The translations under genes and the position numbers were made by a program. A stretch of DNA of 63,995 nt, filler included, from Alloascoidea hylecoeti (Eukaryota): assembly GCA_001600815.1 (NCBI GenBank). It is 14 parts of 14 records of this genome, joined end to end, with 100 filler letters (N's around TTAATTAATTAA, not from the genome) between each part and the next. Parts side by side here need not be neighbours in the genome. Positions count along the whole stretch, not along the records: positions 23,341 to 28,326 come from BCKZ01000060.1; positions 28,427 to 33,408 come from BCKZ01000061.1; positions 33,509 to 38,085 come from BCKZ01000062.1; 11 more parts are not named here. The stretch is one strand, 5' to 3'. A model generated the notes under the pieces. The model had not been told where the DNA came from. It made no database searches and saw nothing but the letters and a program-made list of their open reading frames with translations. Positions 23,939-37,800 of this stretch are shown piece after piece (the first letter of the stretch is position 1; every line of letters starts with the position of its first letter).

Positions 23939-26422
23939 AATACCCATATGTGTAGATTCAAAATTCAAAATTCAAGGATTATATAGATCAAAGTTAGTAA
24001 TATATGCCTATAAATCGTTATTATTATTCATAATTTCGTATANATTACCTTATTTCAACTTTACACTATAGCAATTATCAAGAATTAAATGTGTACAGGA
24101 AGGTCAAGTCTAAAGTTTCGTTCTTTTTCGGATACCATTCCAAAGACAACCCTACAAACCCTTCTACATGGATATTGANCATGTTGAATACCTAAAACAC
24201 CTCTCATAAATGAGGACAACCAAATAAATAAATAGAAACGTACGGTCTAAAGATATATCTGAGTCGTTTAAGGACTTTTGTTATGGTGTTGGTTTAGTGA
24301 CGAATGTTTGGTCGCTAAAGGGTCGGGACGTACATAAGTATATGCTCTCAAACAGTCAGGCTAGGCCTTTTGATNTCAAGATATCTAATATTAAATTACG
24401 AGAGTCAGTGAGTCTTATTCTATAGGCTGGACTTTGGAAAGGAGGTCGTACTAGATTGCATACGTAAAGAGGTACTCCATGGGTACCTAAAAATAAATAC
24501 TAAACTTAAAATATACCTTTTNATATTAATAGAATCTCTAGAATATACGAGACATTTTGAATCATGTTAAGAACAGTTTAAGGCCTTATTGAGTATTCAC
24601 TTGCTGGTTATCATGGAGTGGTGAAAGAAATCGCAACATTAGACTTGCTGTATAATGCATTGCAATGTATAAAAAACACTGTTACATAGAAGTAGAATAC
24701 AATTAGTTAAATTTAAATATTAATCATTCTCTTTGTTACCATTCAATATAAAATGTGGATATATACGTGAGCTTAATTATAAACCTAGCTATACATTCAA
24801 AATTAATGGAAGTTTAAGATATAGAAAAATATACCCATACATTCAAATCCACGTATGCATGTTATATCTATGCATATCATAGAACATTTATATGTAGGTA
24901 CGATTGCAAATATCCCCGTTTCTTACATGTACAGCTTAACTATTAATATTACTATTTAGTTGAATATGATTTTATATTCATAAATTTACCTATAACTATA
25001 ATACCATGTTGACTTTGAGACTTATATTACACTATTCATNTTATACCTCATTAGTTACGCATTGCAATTGCAATTGCACATTCATTTCATAGTACTCAAG
25101 TGGGTTGAATTTATGATCATTTTAACTACAATTGATTATTGTTAGAATCATAGAAGCTTCAAATTCTTGCGTTTTTTTGGTCGGAATAATTACTAAAAGC
25201 CCTTATACTCAAAATTATGAGTCCGAAATAGTTGATAGAGAGCAATTGAATTGCACAGATACAATGCAATCAAGTATAAATTTACATGACATCAAGATTT
25301 ACNATTAATCAGAATTAAATTAAACAACGATTGTCATTAAATAGATAGTATATCATAATTTTTATGATTTTTGTGAAATAGATATGTGGGTGCGCGGTAT
25401 TTTTAAAATCACCATCTATAAAATTGTATAGTTATAGAATATGTATTTCAGCTTCAAGTTGATTCATATGCAATATTTATATTATGCTCAGACTTAACAA
25501 TAAAGTTATATTATTAATATTAACTAATCGTATTATATTAGGCCCCATATATATTTGAATTTTAACTATGTAAAGAATTATATGCTTCCTAATATATAAT
25601 GTTATATTTCGAATTCCACAATTAATTTTAACATATATATATATGTATATATATATATCAATTGGTTATAGCTTTCAAGAAACACTTGGTTTCCAATAGT
25701 CTGGAACGGTTAACAATTAACTAGAAATATCTAAATGTCACAGAAATGGCAATTAACGTTTTGTTAAAGCGCTTTCTCTTCTTTCAGATTTTTGCATTAA
25801 CTGTTAATGGTAAAAATGGAATAATTTACATTTTAATAAACCGTCAATACANAATTATCTAGTAATGAAGTTACACATGCTAGTAATTGCGTACAGCTCC
25901 TCTTAAGTTTATTAGCTTGGAATATACAGTCTTCGATTGCAGGTTGGTTACACAGTCTCTTGGATATATATATAATTCATTAATAGGCATTAGATCTATA
26001 GATCAATGTTTGCAAATGAAGAATCGTTTAAACACATGCATATCTATTCTAGAATCTTCTTTATTTCATAATTGTAATTCCACAACATGAGATTGATGAT
26101 TTGATCTCTTTGATGATTTATAAACTACAGTTTTAGGAAATGATTACTGTCCATAGCTACCATCAGTTTTTTATCAGAACAATTTAAGAAAAATAAAAGG
26201 GATGTTGTGATAGTAATCTATAAAAATCCTTGTACTTAGAGTCCATATAATGGGAATCACATCTGTTGTAATTGAAAGGGTTCCGTGAACACTGAACTAA
26301 TTCTAGCCCTGAAATATTCTTAGATGAAACTTACAGCTAGTATATCTAAAAACTTAATATAAAATTCAAGATTTCCCTAAAAGTTTCATATTCAAAAATC
26401 AGTTTATCTTATTATTATTGAA

Positions 26423-27318
26423 ATGGGGGGAAAGATTTTATGCCTTCACGGTTTTGGACAAGTACGCTAGTTATGTTTCCTTTAATAAAGTATGTTGATA
26501 TTAACATTTATTTCCTATAGTCTGCTCCAGAGATGCTTGCAAAATCTTCTCATGTTCGCGAAGGGCTTCAAGATCTTGGATATGACTTGTATTATCTTGA
26601 TGCACCGATTGCAATCAAGCCATGTGATACTCCTTCAGAAGAAGATTCTGGGTTTTCACATACAAGGATTAAACCTAAAATAGATGGTGAGATTTATTAT
26701 GTCAGGACATGGTGGCCATATGATATATCAAAAAAGGATTACTCTGCATTGGAGCAAGGTCTTCATCAAGTTAGTGATGCAATTGATAAATATGGTCCAT
26801 TTGAAGGGATTATGGGGTTCAGCCAAGGGGCAGCATTATCTGCATTAATATGTGAATACATCTTTCACGTCCAAGATACATCTCCATTTTATTTTCGAGG
26901 CAAGAAAATAATAATGAATCAAAAGATGTTTAAATTTGCAATTTTATTCAGTGGATTTCGTATTTATATTAATGCAAAGCAACTGCAGTTTATGTATAAG
27001 AAAAAAATTGAAATACCAACATTACATGTTATAGGTGATTTAGATCTCGAAATGTCAAGAGCATGGAGTTTAAGTGTTTGGAAAGTTTGTAAAGAATCAA
27101 AAAGAACAATTATCAGACATTCGGGTGCTCATTTTATTCCTAATGGAAGGAATCAAGTTAATCAAATCATGGAATGGGTAAAAAGTATTGAACCAAATAA
27201 TATTGATAATTACAGTGACACTGAAACAAACGATTCAACTTCCAGGATAGATTCTGATTCAGATCTAGACACTGATGTAGAAATCGATATAGCTGATTAC
27301 AAGAAATATCTGGAATAA
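26423..27318 (+). CDS. FSH1/OVCA2-family serine hydrolase; exon 1 26423-26461, intron 26462-26520, exon 2 26521-27318
   Basis: MGGKILCLHGFGQ spliced to SAPEML; GFSQG nucleophile, PTLHVIGDLD, HSGAHFIP; intron GTACGC..TATTAAC..TAG, 59 nt. Confidence 0.9.
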
Positions 27319-27624
27319 ATCTTGTCCTAACAGTAGTTGATTAAGTATAAGAATATAGAATTCAAATAATGTGTCATTCGTTTAGCTATAATATATGACT
27401 TACTGTAATAGTTTAGCATTAGCGCAAGGGAAAATCAAAAAAATTCATAATTAAAATTGTGCAATACCATAGTAACAAAAATTCCACCCAGTGGTGATAG
27501 TATTATCATAAATACAATAAACTAAAAATGCCTCTTAGTGTTGTTAGAGGGTTGTTATTATTAAATTCATTTCAATTGATAATTTCTTTCAGAGGCAATG
27601 TTTATTTTCTATTCTAAATATAGA

Positions 27625-28326
27625 TTATAAATGTTTTAAATATTTTTTCCTCAAATTTTCAGTAAAATCATAGACAACAATATCACCATCCATAGTAAAA
27701 GCAGCTAGTCTTTTTGAATCAACACCAATTGAAAAAGCAGGACTTAACACTAACTTTTTATATTCTAAATTTTTAAATTCTTTGAATACATCGATAACTG
27801 ATTTGGACTTATTTAAAACCCAAATCTTTATAGTACATTTATCATTAATAGAAATGATTTTATCACTGACATTAAAGAATTTAACACCTCTTCTTTTTTT
27901 TTTATTTCCAGATACCTCGCAGTCAAGTAATATATTTATGAATTCATCCGAATGTAAATCCAGAACTGATATATAGTCAGACTTTCTCATAAATAAACAT
28001 TTATCACTTATTCCAAAATTTTCCGCATATAAAAGTATCGACCAGTCGTATATCTGACCTGTTTCAATATTCCAATATTTTAAATCTGGACCATCTCTAC
28101 TGTATATAACATCATTACAAATGCAAAGATCACGGAAGGAGAGTTCTGCTTTTAATCGGAATTGAAAAGTAAACTGTATTCGTAGTTGTTGTTCAGAATT
28201 ATANAGACTTGACTTCCAAACTCCAATATGACGACCACCACAAGATACAATGTAGTCATCGTATATAGCGACATGATCTATAAAAGAATTTGCTGTCGGT
28301 ATTATCAAACGATCTATTGGTTTGAA
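27625..28326 (-). CDS. Divergent WD40-repeat protein, C-terminal part (probably F-box/WD40 family)
   Basis: Open from the contig edge; WD-like IGVWK, LKYWN, TIKIW; ends VYDFTENLRKKYLKHL; paralogous to 60627-61600. Confidence 0.65.
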   Translation of the reverse strand, partial: FKPIDRLIIPTANSFIDHVAIYDDYIVSCGGRHIGVWKSSXYNSEQQLRIQFTFQFRLKAELSFRDLCICNDVIYSRDGPDLKYWNIETGQIYDWSILLYAENFGISDKCLFMRKSDYISVLDLHSDEFINILLDCEVSGNKKKRRGVKFFNVSDKIISINDKCTIKIWVLNKSKSVIDVFKEFKNLEYKKLVLSPAFSIGVDSKRLAAFTMDGDIVVYDFTENLRKKYLKHL

Positions 28327-28426
28327 NNNNNNNNNNNNNNNNNNNNNNNNNNNNNNNNNNNNNNNNNNNNTTAATTAATTAANNNNNNNNNNNNNNNNNN
28401 NNNNNNNNNNNNNNNNNNNNNNNNNN

Positions 28427-28730
28427 ATCATCATCTTCACTATTTAATTCATTCTCGGGAGATTTAACTTTTAAATTCTTCAATATTGTACTTTCTCTAT
28501 CATTTAAATTCATATTAAAAGTATTTGGTGACCCAATTGGATTTAAAAATGGAGTTAATCCAGTACTTTCATGAATATTTAGACTTAATGGTGATGGAGC
28601 AGACATTAAACCATTATTTATTGATGTATTTATATTATTTGAAGTTGAAGTTGAATCTTTAAAAGAGAACATGAAATTATTAGTTGTTGTTGTAGTTGTA
28701 GTTGTAATTGATAGTGAACTGTTAAAACTT
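28427..28730 (-). CDS. Upstream segment of the transcription-factor gene at 31223-33408 (continues across the 95-bp contig-end overlap)
   Basis: 28427-28521 is identical to 33314-33408; reads SPLSLNIHESTGLTPFLNP into MNLNDRES; the frame closes near 28730. Confidence 0.7.
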
Positions 28731-31222
28731 GTCTACTATCACGACTTTTCTATTTTTCAGTTCAAACAATAACTTGTCTAGATTAAAAAATCTACTTGTG
28801 GAAACCAAATACTTGATAATCTGATTTCTTTATTAAAAATATACTAAACTAGCTAAATATAAGATCTTCCGACATCAAATTTATAAAATCTACTATGTAA
28901 TCCGTAAGTTTGGTAGCTTTCTCCAGAGTTTGCATGTCTCATATGATACGTCCAATTTGGGATCCATAAAGATTATATTGGAAAAGATAGGATTTCTAAT
29001 GATAAATTAGGAAATGACAAGAGATATTGTGATCTCAGCTGAACTATAACATTTATCACCACTATACACCATAGTATCGAAATCAAGAACATACCTTTCT
29101 GTTTAATCAGTTAGTGTTAACTCACTTCGGGAAGCATTCTATTCAAATACCGAAAAGCAGAAGAAAGAAGTCTTCCCCTAAACTCAACTTATTATCGAAT
29201 TCCTCAATTATAAAAGTATACAGAAAAACACGATTTTCAATAAAGGACAAGGGACAGATATAATTTGGTTCCAATACTGGTGTTTATCTAACTGTTTCTA
29301 CATATCGCATAGAATTTTCGGTATCTTGGATAATGATACCATAAAGGCGATAATAAAGAGTATATAGTAATTGTCCAGCAGAAAATTCCTTGTGTTTTAT
29401 ACCGTTCCATACAATATTCTTTTAATCTCGATGAGTGGCAGATGAAACAGCAATGGGAGGGCGCTCAGATCCCCTTCCACAAACTGCTGAAGGTTTACTG
29501 TTGAAAGTGCTTCTTTGGAAAATAAACTCTGTTTTCCCTTAAGAAGGAAAGAGAAAAGTTCACGGATAGTGAGCGGTTCTCGTGAAAATAAAATCCTTAG
29601 CATAAGAAAAGATCGAAAATATACAAGAACAGAATTTTATATTATAGCTATAACTCTTTGCCTCTAGTTTGCCGCCAATCGATGTACCCAGTAACTGTTC
29701 CTGATAAACACTGGGTTCGTATCCAGATTGAATAATGATTCATTAAATGAGGCCGATATCGAGGTAAAACACATAAAGCAAGACCTCAATGTTATAGTTA
29801 GGTTAGGAATCTAGTTTGTTACAATGAAATGTAGTCTAGATTAAACTTAGTATTATAAATGAGGGAAAGTCTCTTCTTATATAGATTAGAATTAACTATT
29901 TTACTACTATACTGTTAAAGAGAAGAATCTGGCTGTTCTATTGATAATGCAGAGGTGAAAGTACATAACAAATATGGGGCTAAGCCATTATGTATGTCTC
30001 GCCATTGTATGAATACTTAAGACTACTTTATTTAGATATAAAGAAATAATTATAAATTGAGTTTTCTATCTTTAATTATTGTTATCATTTAATTAGTCTT
30101 AAATAAATTATTCATTTGAATCTTATATATAAATATAATATTTATAACTGGCAGACAGGTGAGTTTTCTAATATTACTTCAATTTTTAACTTCATAATCA
30201 TTTTAGGTATTCTGGCAATGATATATATAACTGAATATGGGTAATGTTAGTTATGTTGGACCTGTTATTTTTATAGGACTCGTCATAATTAAATCTATTT
30301 GGTTTCATTTTAATATTAATTATAGGCTAAGGAAATCTTCATATGAATGTAAAAGTGATTATTATAACACTATAGTTATAATACACTTGAATCAATCGAT
30401 GAAAGGCCTTTTAGCAATATATCCATACATGGAAATCATCATTGTTTACTAATCTAATTTGATCATCCTTTTTGAAAACACTTTTTTTTTTTTTATTGAA
30501 AATTCATTTTTGGGAGAGTGATATATATGACCTACTGTTATTTCTGGCACTCCATAAAAAAATAATGTTGGTGTATATATATAATGTAATAAAGAATATG
30601 TCGATATAGAGCGAGAATTTGAATATATATTATCTGAATTATAAGATTAAATAGATGTAACAGTTTTGACCGTTTAATTCTTCTTATTTCCTTTAAACTG
30701 ACGGTAAATACAAATTTTAATAATTCGTTTACCCGAGTGACGAACTTGGCTCTCTAATGGGGTGAATTCAGAGTGGAAAAAAGTTTTATATATATGATCA
30801 ATACGATGTTGGGGTTGTATTTTTTTTTTACTACTATAAGGGTAAGGATACCGGTAAACAGTAAATTTATATATTTAAAAAATGTTACTTATTAATACTT
30901 GCTTGTTTCGTGATTGATAAACATACGTATACGTACTAGCTAGCGGATAATTCGTAATAAAAGAGAGCAATTTAAGTAAATTTAAATAAGCAATGAGCAT
31001 ATTTTGTTCAAATACGGAAAAAGTAATCTTTTTATCTTGAAATTTTTTTATAGGATGAATGAATATATAAATATATAAAAATACTCTTAATTTGCTCATG
31101 TACTAAAATATTCTATATAAATATGTCCAATCTTCAATTTCAACTTCGAATTCCAATTCATGATCACAAACAATAATAAATATGGAAAAACAATAAATAT
31201 TAGCTAACCTTATAGAAAATGA

Positions 31223-33408
31223 TTATCCAAGGAAAACTTCCCAACCCCAATCTTTCATGACAGTACTCCAATGACTCCAACTATCAACTCTACCTTCTGA
31301 ATAATCTTCTTCAGCTGTTACTCTTGAATCACCATTTGCTTCAGCAGCAATTCCAGCAATTCTACCAGCCATTTCATCATGTTTTTCATTTGATTCAGGA
31401 CTACTTGAAATTTCAGTATGATTAAAAGAAATTGGACTTTGATTTTGATTATTACTACCAAAAGAATCACTTCTTGACATATTTGCAGCTAACATTTTAT
31501 GATGTCTTTGAGTAGTACGATGCTTTTTTTGAACATCTTTACGAAACCAAACTTCTTTAATTACATCAATTGATCTATCAACATTACCAATTGACATTTG
31601 TTTTGATAATAAATCCCATCTTTTTAAAACCCAATCTCTTTCATCAATATTTTCAACTTCACAACTTGATATAAATAAAGGATAAATATGTAAAATACAA
31701 TTATTATTATTAATTGGAATTGAAGCTAATAACATTAAAATTTTTTCTGATAAATTTTTTGAAGAAATTGATGGAATTTCAGGAACTGCTTGATGTAAAT
31801 ATAATAAAGTTGATTGACGATATGATTCACAAGTTGATATACAACTTGTTATATCCCAATTTGAATCATTAATTGATTGATTTTTAAAATTTTTTAAATC
31901 AATTTTCCAATTTTCTAAAATATTTTTAAAATAAACTGCTTTTGATACAGTATTTAATGAATTTTTAACATAATAATCAGTATAATTATTTTTATTTTTT
32001 AAATTTTTAACACGACGTAAAGATGATATAAATGTAACAATTTCTCCAATTATTGGGAATAATAATTGTGAACAACCTAATAATGGATCAATATTTTTAA
32101 ATTTATTATTTAAAAATTTAAATTTTTTAATTAATTCAAAATTTATATTTAAATCATATTCATTTATAATTGGTGGTGATAATGGAATATTATTTGAATT
32201 TGAATGATTATCTTGATCAAATCTTGAACTTGATTTAAACCAATCATTTTCTTCATCTTCATCATTTGATGTTGCATTTTTCCATATTGATGAATTTGAA
32301 TCATCATTACAATGATTTGTTATACGGGCTATAACATCAAAATATACCCACATATTAAGTAAAAAATGAATTGATTTATCATCAAATGGATCATGTTTAT
32401 CATTATTATTTGAATTGTTATTTGAATTGTTATTGTTATTTTTATTTTTATTGTTGCATATTTTTGATAAAATTTTAATCATTACTTCTTTTGCTTCTTT
32501 TAAATGTGATATACCAGTTGTTATACTTTTATCCCAACATTCAGCAATTGCTAAAATTAAATAAGTAGCTAAAACATATTTATATTTTAAATTTAATTCA
32601 TCTTCATTTTTTTTAATTTCATTAATATTAATATTAATATTTTTATTTTTAATTTTTAATTCTAAAATTCTAATATCATTAATCATATTATTTAATCCTG
32701 AAATTGAATTTCTTAAATAATCAATTGCTTTATTTCTTTTTTTTGAATCATTTTTTGATAAATGAAATAAAACCATTGCACCAATTGAATTTAATATAAC
32801 ATCATTTTTTAAAGCCATTGGCCACATTATTGTTTTCCATGGATTTTCTCCTGGTCCATTTTTAATTGATAATATATTACAAGTTTTTGAAGAAAATTGA
32901 GAAAATAATATTTCTGTTTCTGTTTTTAATTGACAAAAATTTGGGTTTGAATTTAAATTTTGTAAAATTTGATGATGTTGGAAACCATGTAATGAATTTG
33001 ATGGGAGATTAATTTTATATTGTGGATCATTTGAATTTGAATTTGAATTTGAGTTTGAATTTGAATTTGAATTTGAATTTGAATTTGAATTTGAATTTGA
33101 ATTTGAATTTGAATTTGAATTTTTGTGAATCATTTCTGTAGATTCAATTTTTTCAATTTCAATATCATTTTCATTTTTTATATCTTCATTTTCATTTTTT
33201 ATATCTTCATTTTCATTTTCATTCTCATTTTCATTTTCATTATCTCTATCTTCATTATAATGATTCTCATCATCTTTTTGAGATTCATTTTCAATATCAT
33301 GATGATGATCATGATCATCATCTTCACTATTTAATTCATTCTCGGGAGATTTAACTTTTAAATTCTTCAATATTGTACTTTCTCTATCATTTAAATTCAT
33401 ATTAAAAG
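31223..33408 (-). CDS. Fungal-specific transcription-factor domain protein (Zn2Cys6 family, Acr-2-like C-terminal domain); Zn cluster not present in the window
   Basis: TCNILSIKNGPGENPWKTIMWPMA, WVYFDVIARIT, DPLLGCSQLLFP, LLYLHQAVPEIPS, HWSTVMKDWGWEVFLG. Confidence 0.8.
33030..33121 (-). repeat. Coding hexamer microsatellite (AATTCA)n giving poly-NS
   Basis: About 15 TTTGAA units on the + strand. Confidence 0.9.
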
Positions 33409-33508
33409 NNNNNNNNNNNNNNNNNNNNNNNNNNNNNNNNNNNNNNNNNNNNTTAATTAATTAANNNNNNNNNNNNNNNNNNNNNNNNNNNNNNNNNNNN
33501 NNNNNNNN

Positions 33509-33601
<93 letters not shown>
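33509..33601 (+). repeat. (CA)n tract at contig end, possibly telomeric
   Basis: About 46 CA units abutting the contig start, C-rich strand at the 5' end. Confidence 0.8.
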
Positions 33602-33603
<2 letters not shown>

Positions 33604-36600
33604 TCCCTCTCTCCTTCCCTCTCCTTCCCTCACTTCCCCCTTCCCTCACTTTCTCCTTCCCTCACCCCCTCACTCCCTCCTTCCATCCTTCCATCCCTCA
33701 CTACCACACTCTCTCTCTACATCCCTCACTCCCCCCTTCCTTCCCTCTCTCCTTCCCTCTCTCCTTCCCTCTCTCCTTCTCTCTCTCTTTCCCTCTTTCC
33801 CTCCCTCACTCCCTCACTCCCTCACTCCCCCCTTCCCTCACTTTCTCCTTCCCTCACCCCCTCACTCCCTCCTTCCATCCTTCCCTCACCCCCTCACTCC
33901 CTCCTTCCATCCTTCCCTCCCTCACTACCACACTCTCTCTCTCCATCCTCACTTTCTCCTTCCCTCTCTCCATCCCTCCCTCACTCCCTCACTTCCTCTC
34001 TCCATCCCTCCCTCACCCCCTCACTTCCTCACTCTTTCCCTCCCTCACCCCCTCACTTCCTCACTCTTTCCCTCCTTCACTCTCTCTTTCCCTCTTTCCC
34101 TCCATCACTCCCTCACTTCCTCACTCCCCCCTTTCCTCCTTCACTTCTTCCCTCTCTCACTCTCTCCCTCCTTCATTTTCTCCCTCCATCACTCTCTCCC
34201 TCCCTCACTCCCTCCTTCCCTCACTTTCTCCTTCCCTTACTCATTCCCTCACTCATTTATCCACTTAATCATACTTTTTCTATCACTTCATCAATTTCCA
34301 ATACAATCCTTCTTTCTCCCTACCTCTTCCTACAATACTATCACACTCTCTTTCAACCTCTTCATCAAATACTAACACTCTCACTCAACCACCCTCTTCT
34401 TCTTCTACTAACTTTCTCTCCTATCACTTCTTCTTCTCCTACCATCACTATCCTCATTTCTTCCTTCTTCTCCTACCATCACTATCCTCATTTCTTCCTT
34501 CTTCTCCTACCATCACTATCCTCATTTCTTCCTTCTTCTCCTTCCATCTCTATCACCATTTCTACCTTCTTTCCCTACTTTCACCCTCCTACTTCCCTTC
34601 CTCTTCCTCAAACCTCAACTCACCCTTCCCAACTCATCTCCTTTTTCTTCTCCTACTTTCACTCTTCCACTTTCCTTCCTCTTCCTCAAACCTTAACTCA
34701 CCTTTCCCAACTCATCTCTTTTCTTTCTCATCTACTTTTTCTCTAAACATTCTAATTACCTTTCACTTCTTTACTTACTTTCATTACTTTTTTCTTTCTT
34801 TCTTCTTTCACTTCTTTTACTTATTAAAATTCTTTTCCAACACATACAAACTTTTTAAATCCACTCCTTTTTTCACTTACTCCCTTTTTCAATCTCTTTT
34901 TCCTATCCTTCTTCTTTTCTATTCTCCTTTTACTTCCATCCCATTTTAAAATTATCCTTCATCAAATAAAATCTTTTTAATCCCACTCCATCTTCACTTT
35001 CACTCATCCTCTTCTTATATTCCCTTCATACTTAAAATCCTATAACACCCCATTTCCAACTCATCTTCCTTTCCATATCCTTTTTATCCCTACAATAAAT
35101 TCTTTTCTTTCCTCTTTCTTTTTCTTAACTTACTACTCTCTTCACTTTTTCTTTTTTTTCTCTCTTTTTACTTTTCTCCTCATTAAAATTCTTCTTCACC
35201 ACACTCACTTTTAAAATACACTCCTTCTATACCTACACATACTTCCTCTTATCCTTTCTTTATACTACTCATACTTCAAATTCTCTAATTCCACCTACAC
35301 TTCCCTATCTACTTTACTTCTTTTTNNNNNNNNNNNNNNNNNNNNNNNNNNNNNNNNNNNNNNNNNNNNNNNNNNNNNNNNNNNNNNNNNNNNNNNNNNN
35401 NNNNNNNNNNNNNNNNNNNNNNNNNNNNNNNNNNNNNNNNNNNNNNNNNNNNNNNNNNNNNNNNNNNNNNNNNNNNNNNNNNNNNNNNNNNNNNNNNNNN
35501 NNNNNNNNNNNNNNNNNNNNNNNNNNNNNNNNNNNNNNNNNNNNNNNNNNNNNNNNNNNNNNNNNNNNNNNNNNNNNNNNNNNNNNNNNNNNNNNNNNNN
35601 NNNNNNNNNNNNNNNNNNNNNNNNNNNNNNNNNNNNNNNNNNNNNNNNNNNNNNNNNNNNNNNNNNNNNNNNNNNNNNNNNNNNNNNNNNNNNNNNNNNN
35701 NNNNNNNNNNNNNNNNNNNNNNNNNNNNNNNNNNNNNNNNNNNNNNNNNNNNNNNNNNNNNNNNNNNNNNNNNNNNNNNNNNNNNNNNNNNNNNNNNNNN
35801 NNNNNNNNNNNNNNNNNNNNNNNNNNNNNNNNNNNNNNNNNNNNNNNNNNNNNNNNNNNNNNNNNNNNNNNNNNNNNNNNNNNNNNNNNNNNNNNNNNNN
35901 NNNNNNNNNNCTCATTTCAATACAACTCTTCTTCTTTCTAATTTTTTAATTTTCATCCTCTTCCTTCTATTCTTTCAATCTATCCTTTCTTTCACTACTT
36001 CTCTTACATTCTCTATTTCTTCACTTAAATTTATATTTCCTTATTCTTTCTTCATATTCCTCAATTCTCTTCTTTCATATCATGCACATTTTTTTTTTAA
36101 AATTCTTCCCCCAACTACTTTAACTTTGACTCTTCTTTTTCTCTTTTATATATTATTTTTTTTATACCACCTTCTCCTTATCCCCTCACTGCTCTTCCTT
36201 TATTTTTTAAATTCACATCATTCACACTTAACAGATATTAATATTCAACACTCATTGTACTTAATCTCTCTTTCAATCACTCAAATCTAAATATTCTCTC
36301 CTATACCCCATATTTAACTAAACAAAAATATCTTCCACATTCTGATCTTATATTNTCCATTTTTAAAATTAAAATTACTAAAACTTCCTAGCGATCAACT
36401 CTCACTATATCTGATATTTCATCTCAATTTCTGCATTCTTCATTCTCTCTTCTATACTCAACTCTTATAATTCTCCAATTTCTCTCATCATAACTACTTT
36501 TTAACAATCAAAAATACTCTCTCTATCTCCTTTCTTTTCATAACCTTCAAATCCCCCTTATTCCATCTATTTCTTCCATCCTAATCCAATATATATCACT

Positions 36601-37800
36601 ACCTTCATCCTTTAAATAAACTCTTCTCTTTATCTTTCATTCCAAACATACACTTAGCTAAATAATAATTTTCGATTCACATCTCAGAACACTAACATTC
36701 TCTTATCTTTCATACCTTTGATTCTACTTTACTATGTTAAAGTTCAAAGTGCCTGTTCTCCCAGTTGCGCCAAAAATCCAATCGACTCTTTAGTGAACTG
36801 TTCTAAGACTGTAATATATCCAACATACTAAATTCTTAATTCATTAATATATTCTTCCAATAATCGTACTATTTATAACTAATCCTTCATCTCAAATCAA
36901 TCACTTCAACTCAACTGATATTCATTTCACCTCTTTCCCAACTCCTAATTTTTATACAAAAACTTTCAAAACATATCATCTCTAATTCAAATCTTATATT
37001 AAAATATTCATCTCCAATTTCTCTCTTTTATTCTTTATATTCTAAACTCAATCCTTATTTCTTCTCCATCAATCCCTCCTCCTTACCACTAATCTACTCC
37101 ATTCAATTCCATAACAAATCTCTTCAATACCTTCAAACTTTAAAACCTAACAATCCTTTATTTAAATACCTACACTTCTCATCTCCATCTCACTACCACA
37201 ATACTTCAGCTAAATTTCTATTCCCTTACTATTACATTCATACTTCCATATTTAAATCCCCTTCCACTATAACTTTAACCTTCTATTTCAATTTCACCAT
37301 CCTAAAATCACCTATCATTATCTCTTTACTCTTTTCTATCCTATTCCCACATTAATCACTATAAATCTCCAACTCAAACGTTACTCTTCTATCCAAAACT
37401 TATAACAACACAAATATGCATTCTCAATCTTCTTCTTATACTCTCCTTATCTCCTTTTATTAATATCCTATCACATAATCCTAACTCTTGTCACACCTCT
37501 GATTATTCAATACATAATATTTTTCTTTCACTAAATTCTCCTTACTTTTCATTAAACACCTACTTTAATACCTTATCTTATCTTAACACTTCCTTTCCTT
37601 TACTCTTCTTTATTAAATAATAAATAATAACTCTCATCCTTCATCTCATATCTTTAATCATACATAAAAAACTTTTAAACTCAAAATCATCTTCCTTTTC
37701 CTCTTTTCTCCTTCTATTTTATTCTTCCAAATTTCATATTCTCCCATTTTTCCATCCTTTCATCTTTCATCTTTGATCCCAAACTTCTTAAAATCCTGAA
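33602..37800 (+). other. G-depleted, pyrimidine-rich strand-asymmetric region (includes CCCTCACT/CCTT repeats, a 34-bp x3 tandem at ~34430-34545 and an N gap 35326-35910)
   Basis: No G seen by eye in 33509-35325 or 35911-36083; G is sparse to ~37800 and more frequent after that. Confidence 0.85.
36735..36825 (-). mobile_element. Solo LTR (91 bp) of the TRIM family at 59674-59995
   Basis: TGTTAAAG...CCAACA, about 3 substitutions versus the TRIM LTRs, 5-bp TSD TACTA on both sides. Confidence 0.9.

Noticed and set aside
29790..29970. TGTTAT...ATAACA LTR-like segment with a TATA box
   Set aside because: The flanks (CTCAA and AATAT) are not a TSD and no second copy or PBS was found; not supportable
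33461..35915. ORFs made of VC repeats or X runs
   Set aside because: Translations of the (CA)n tract and the N gap
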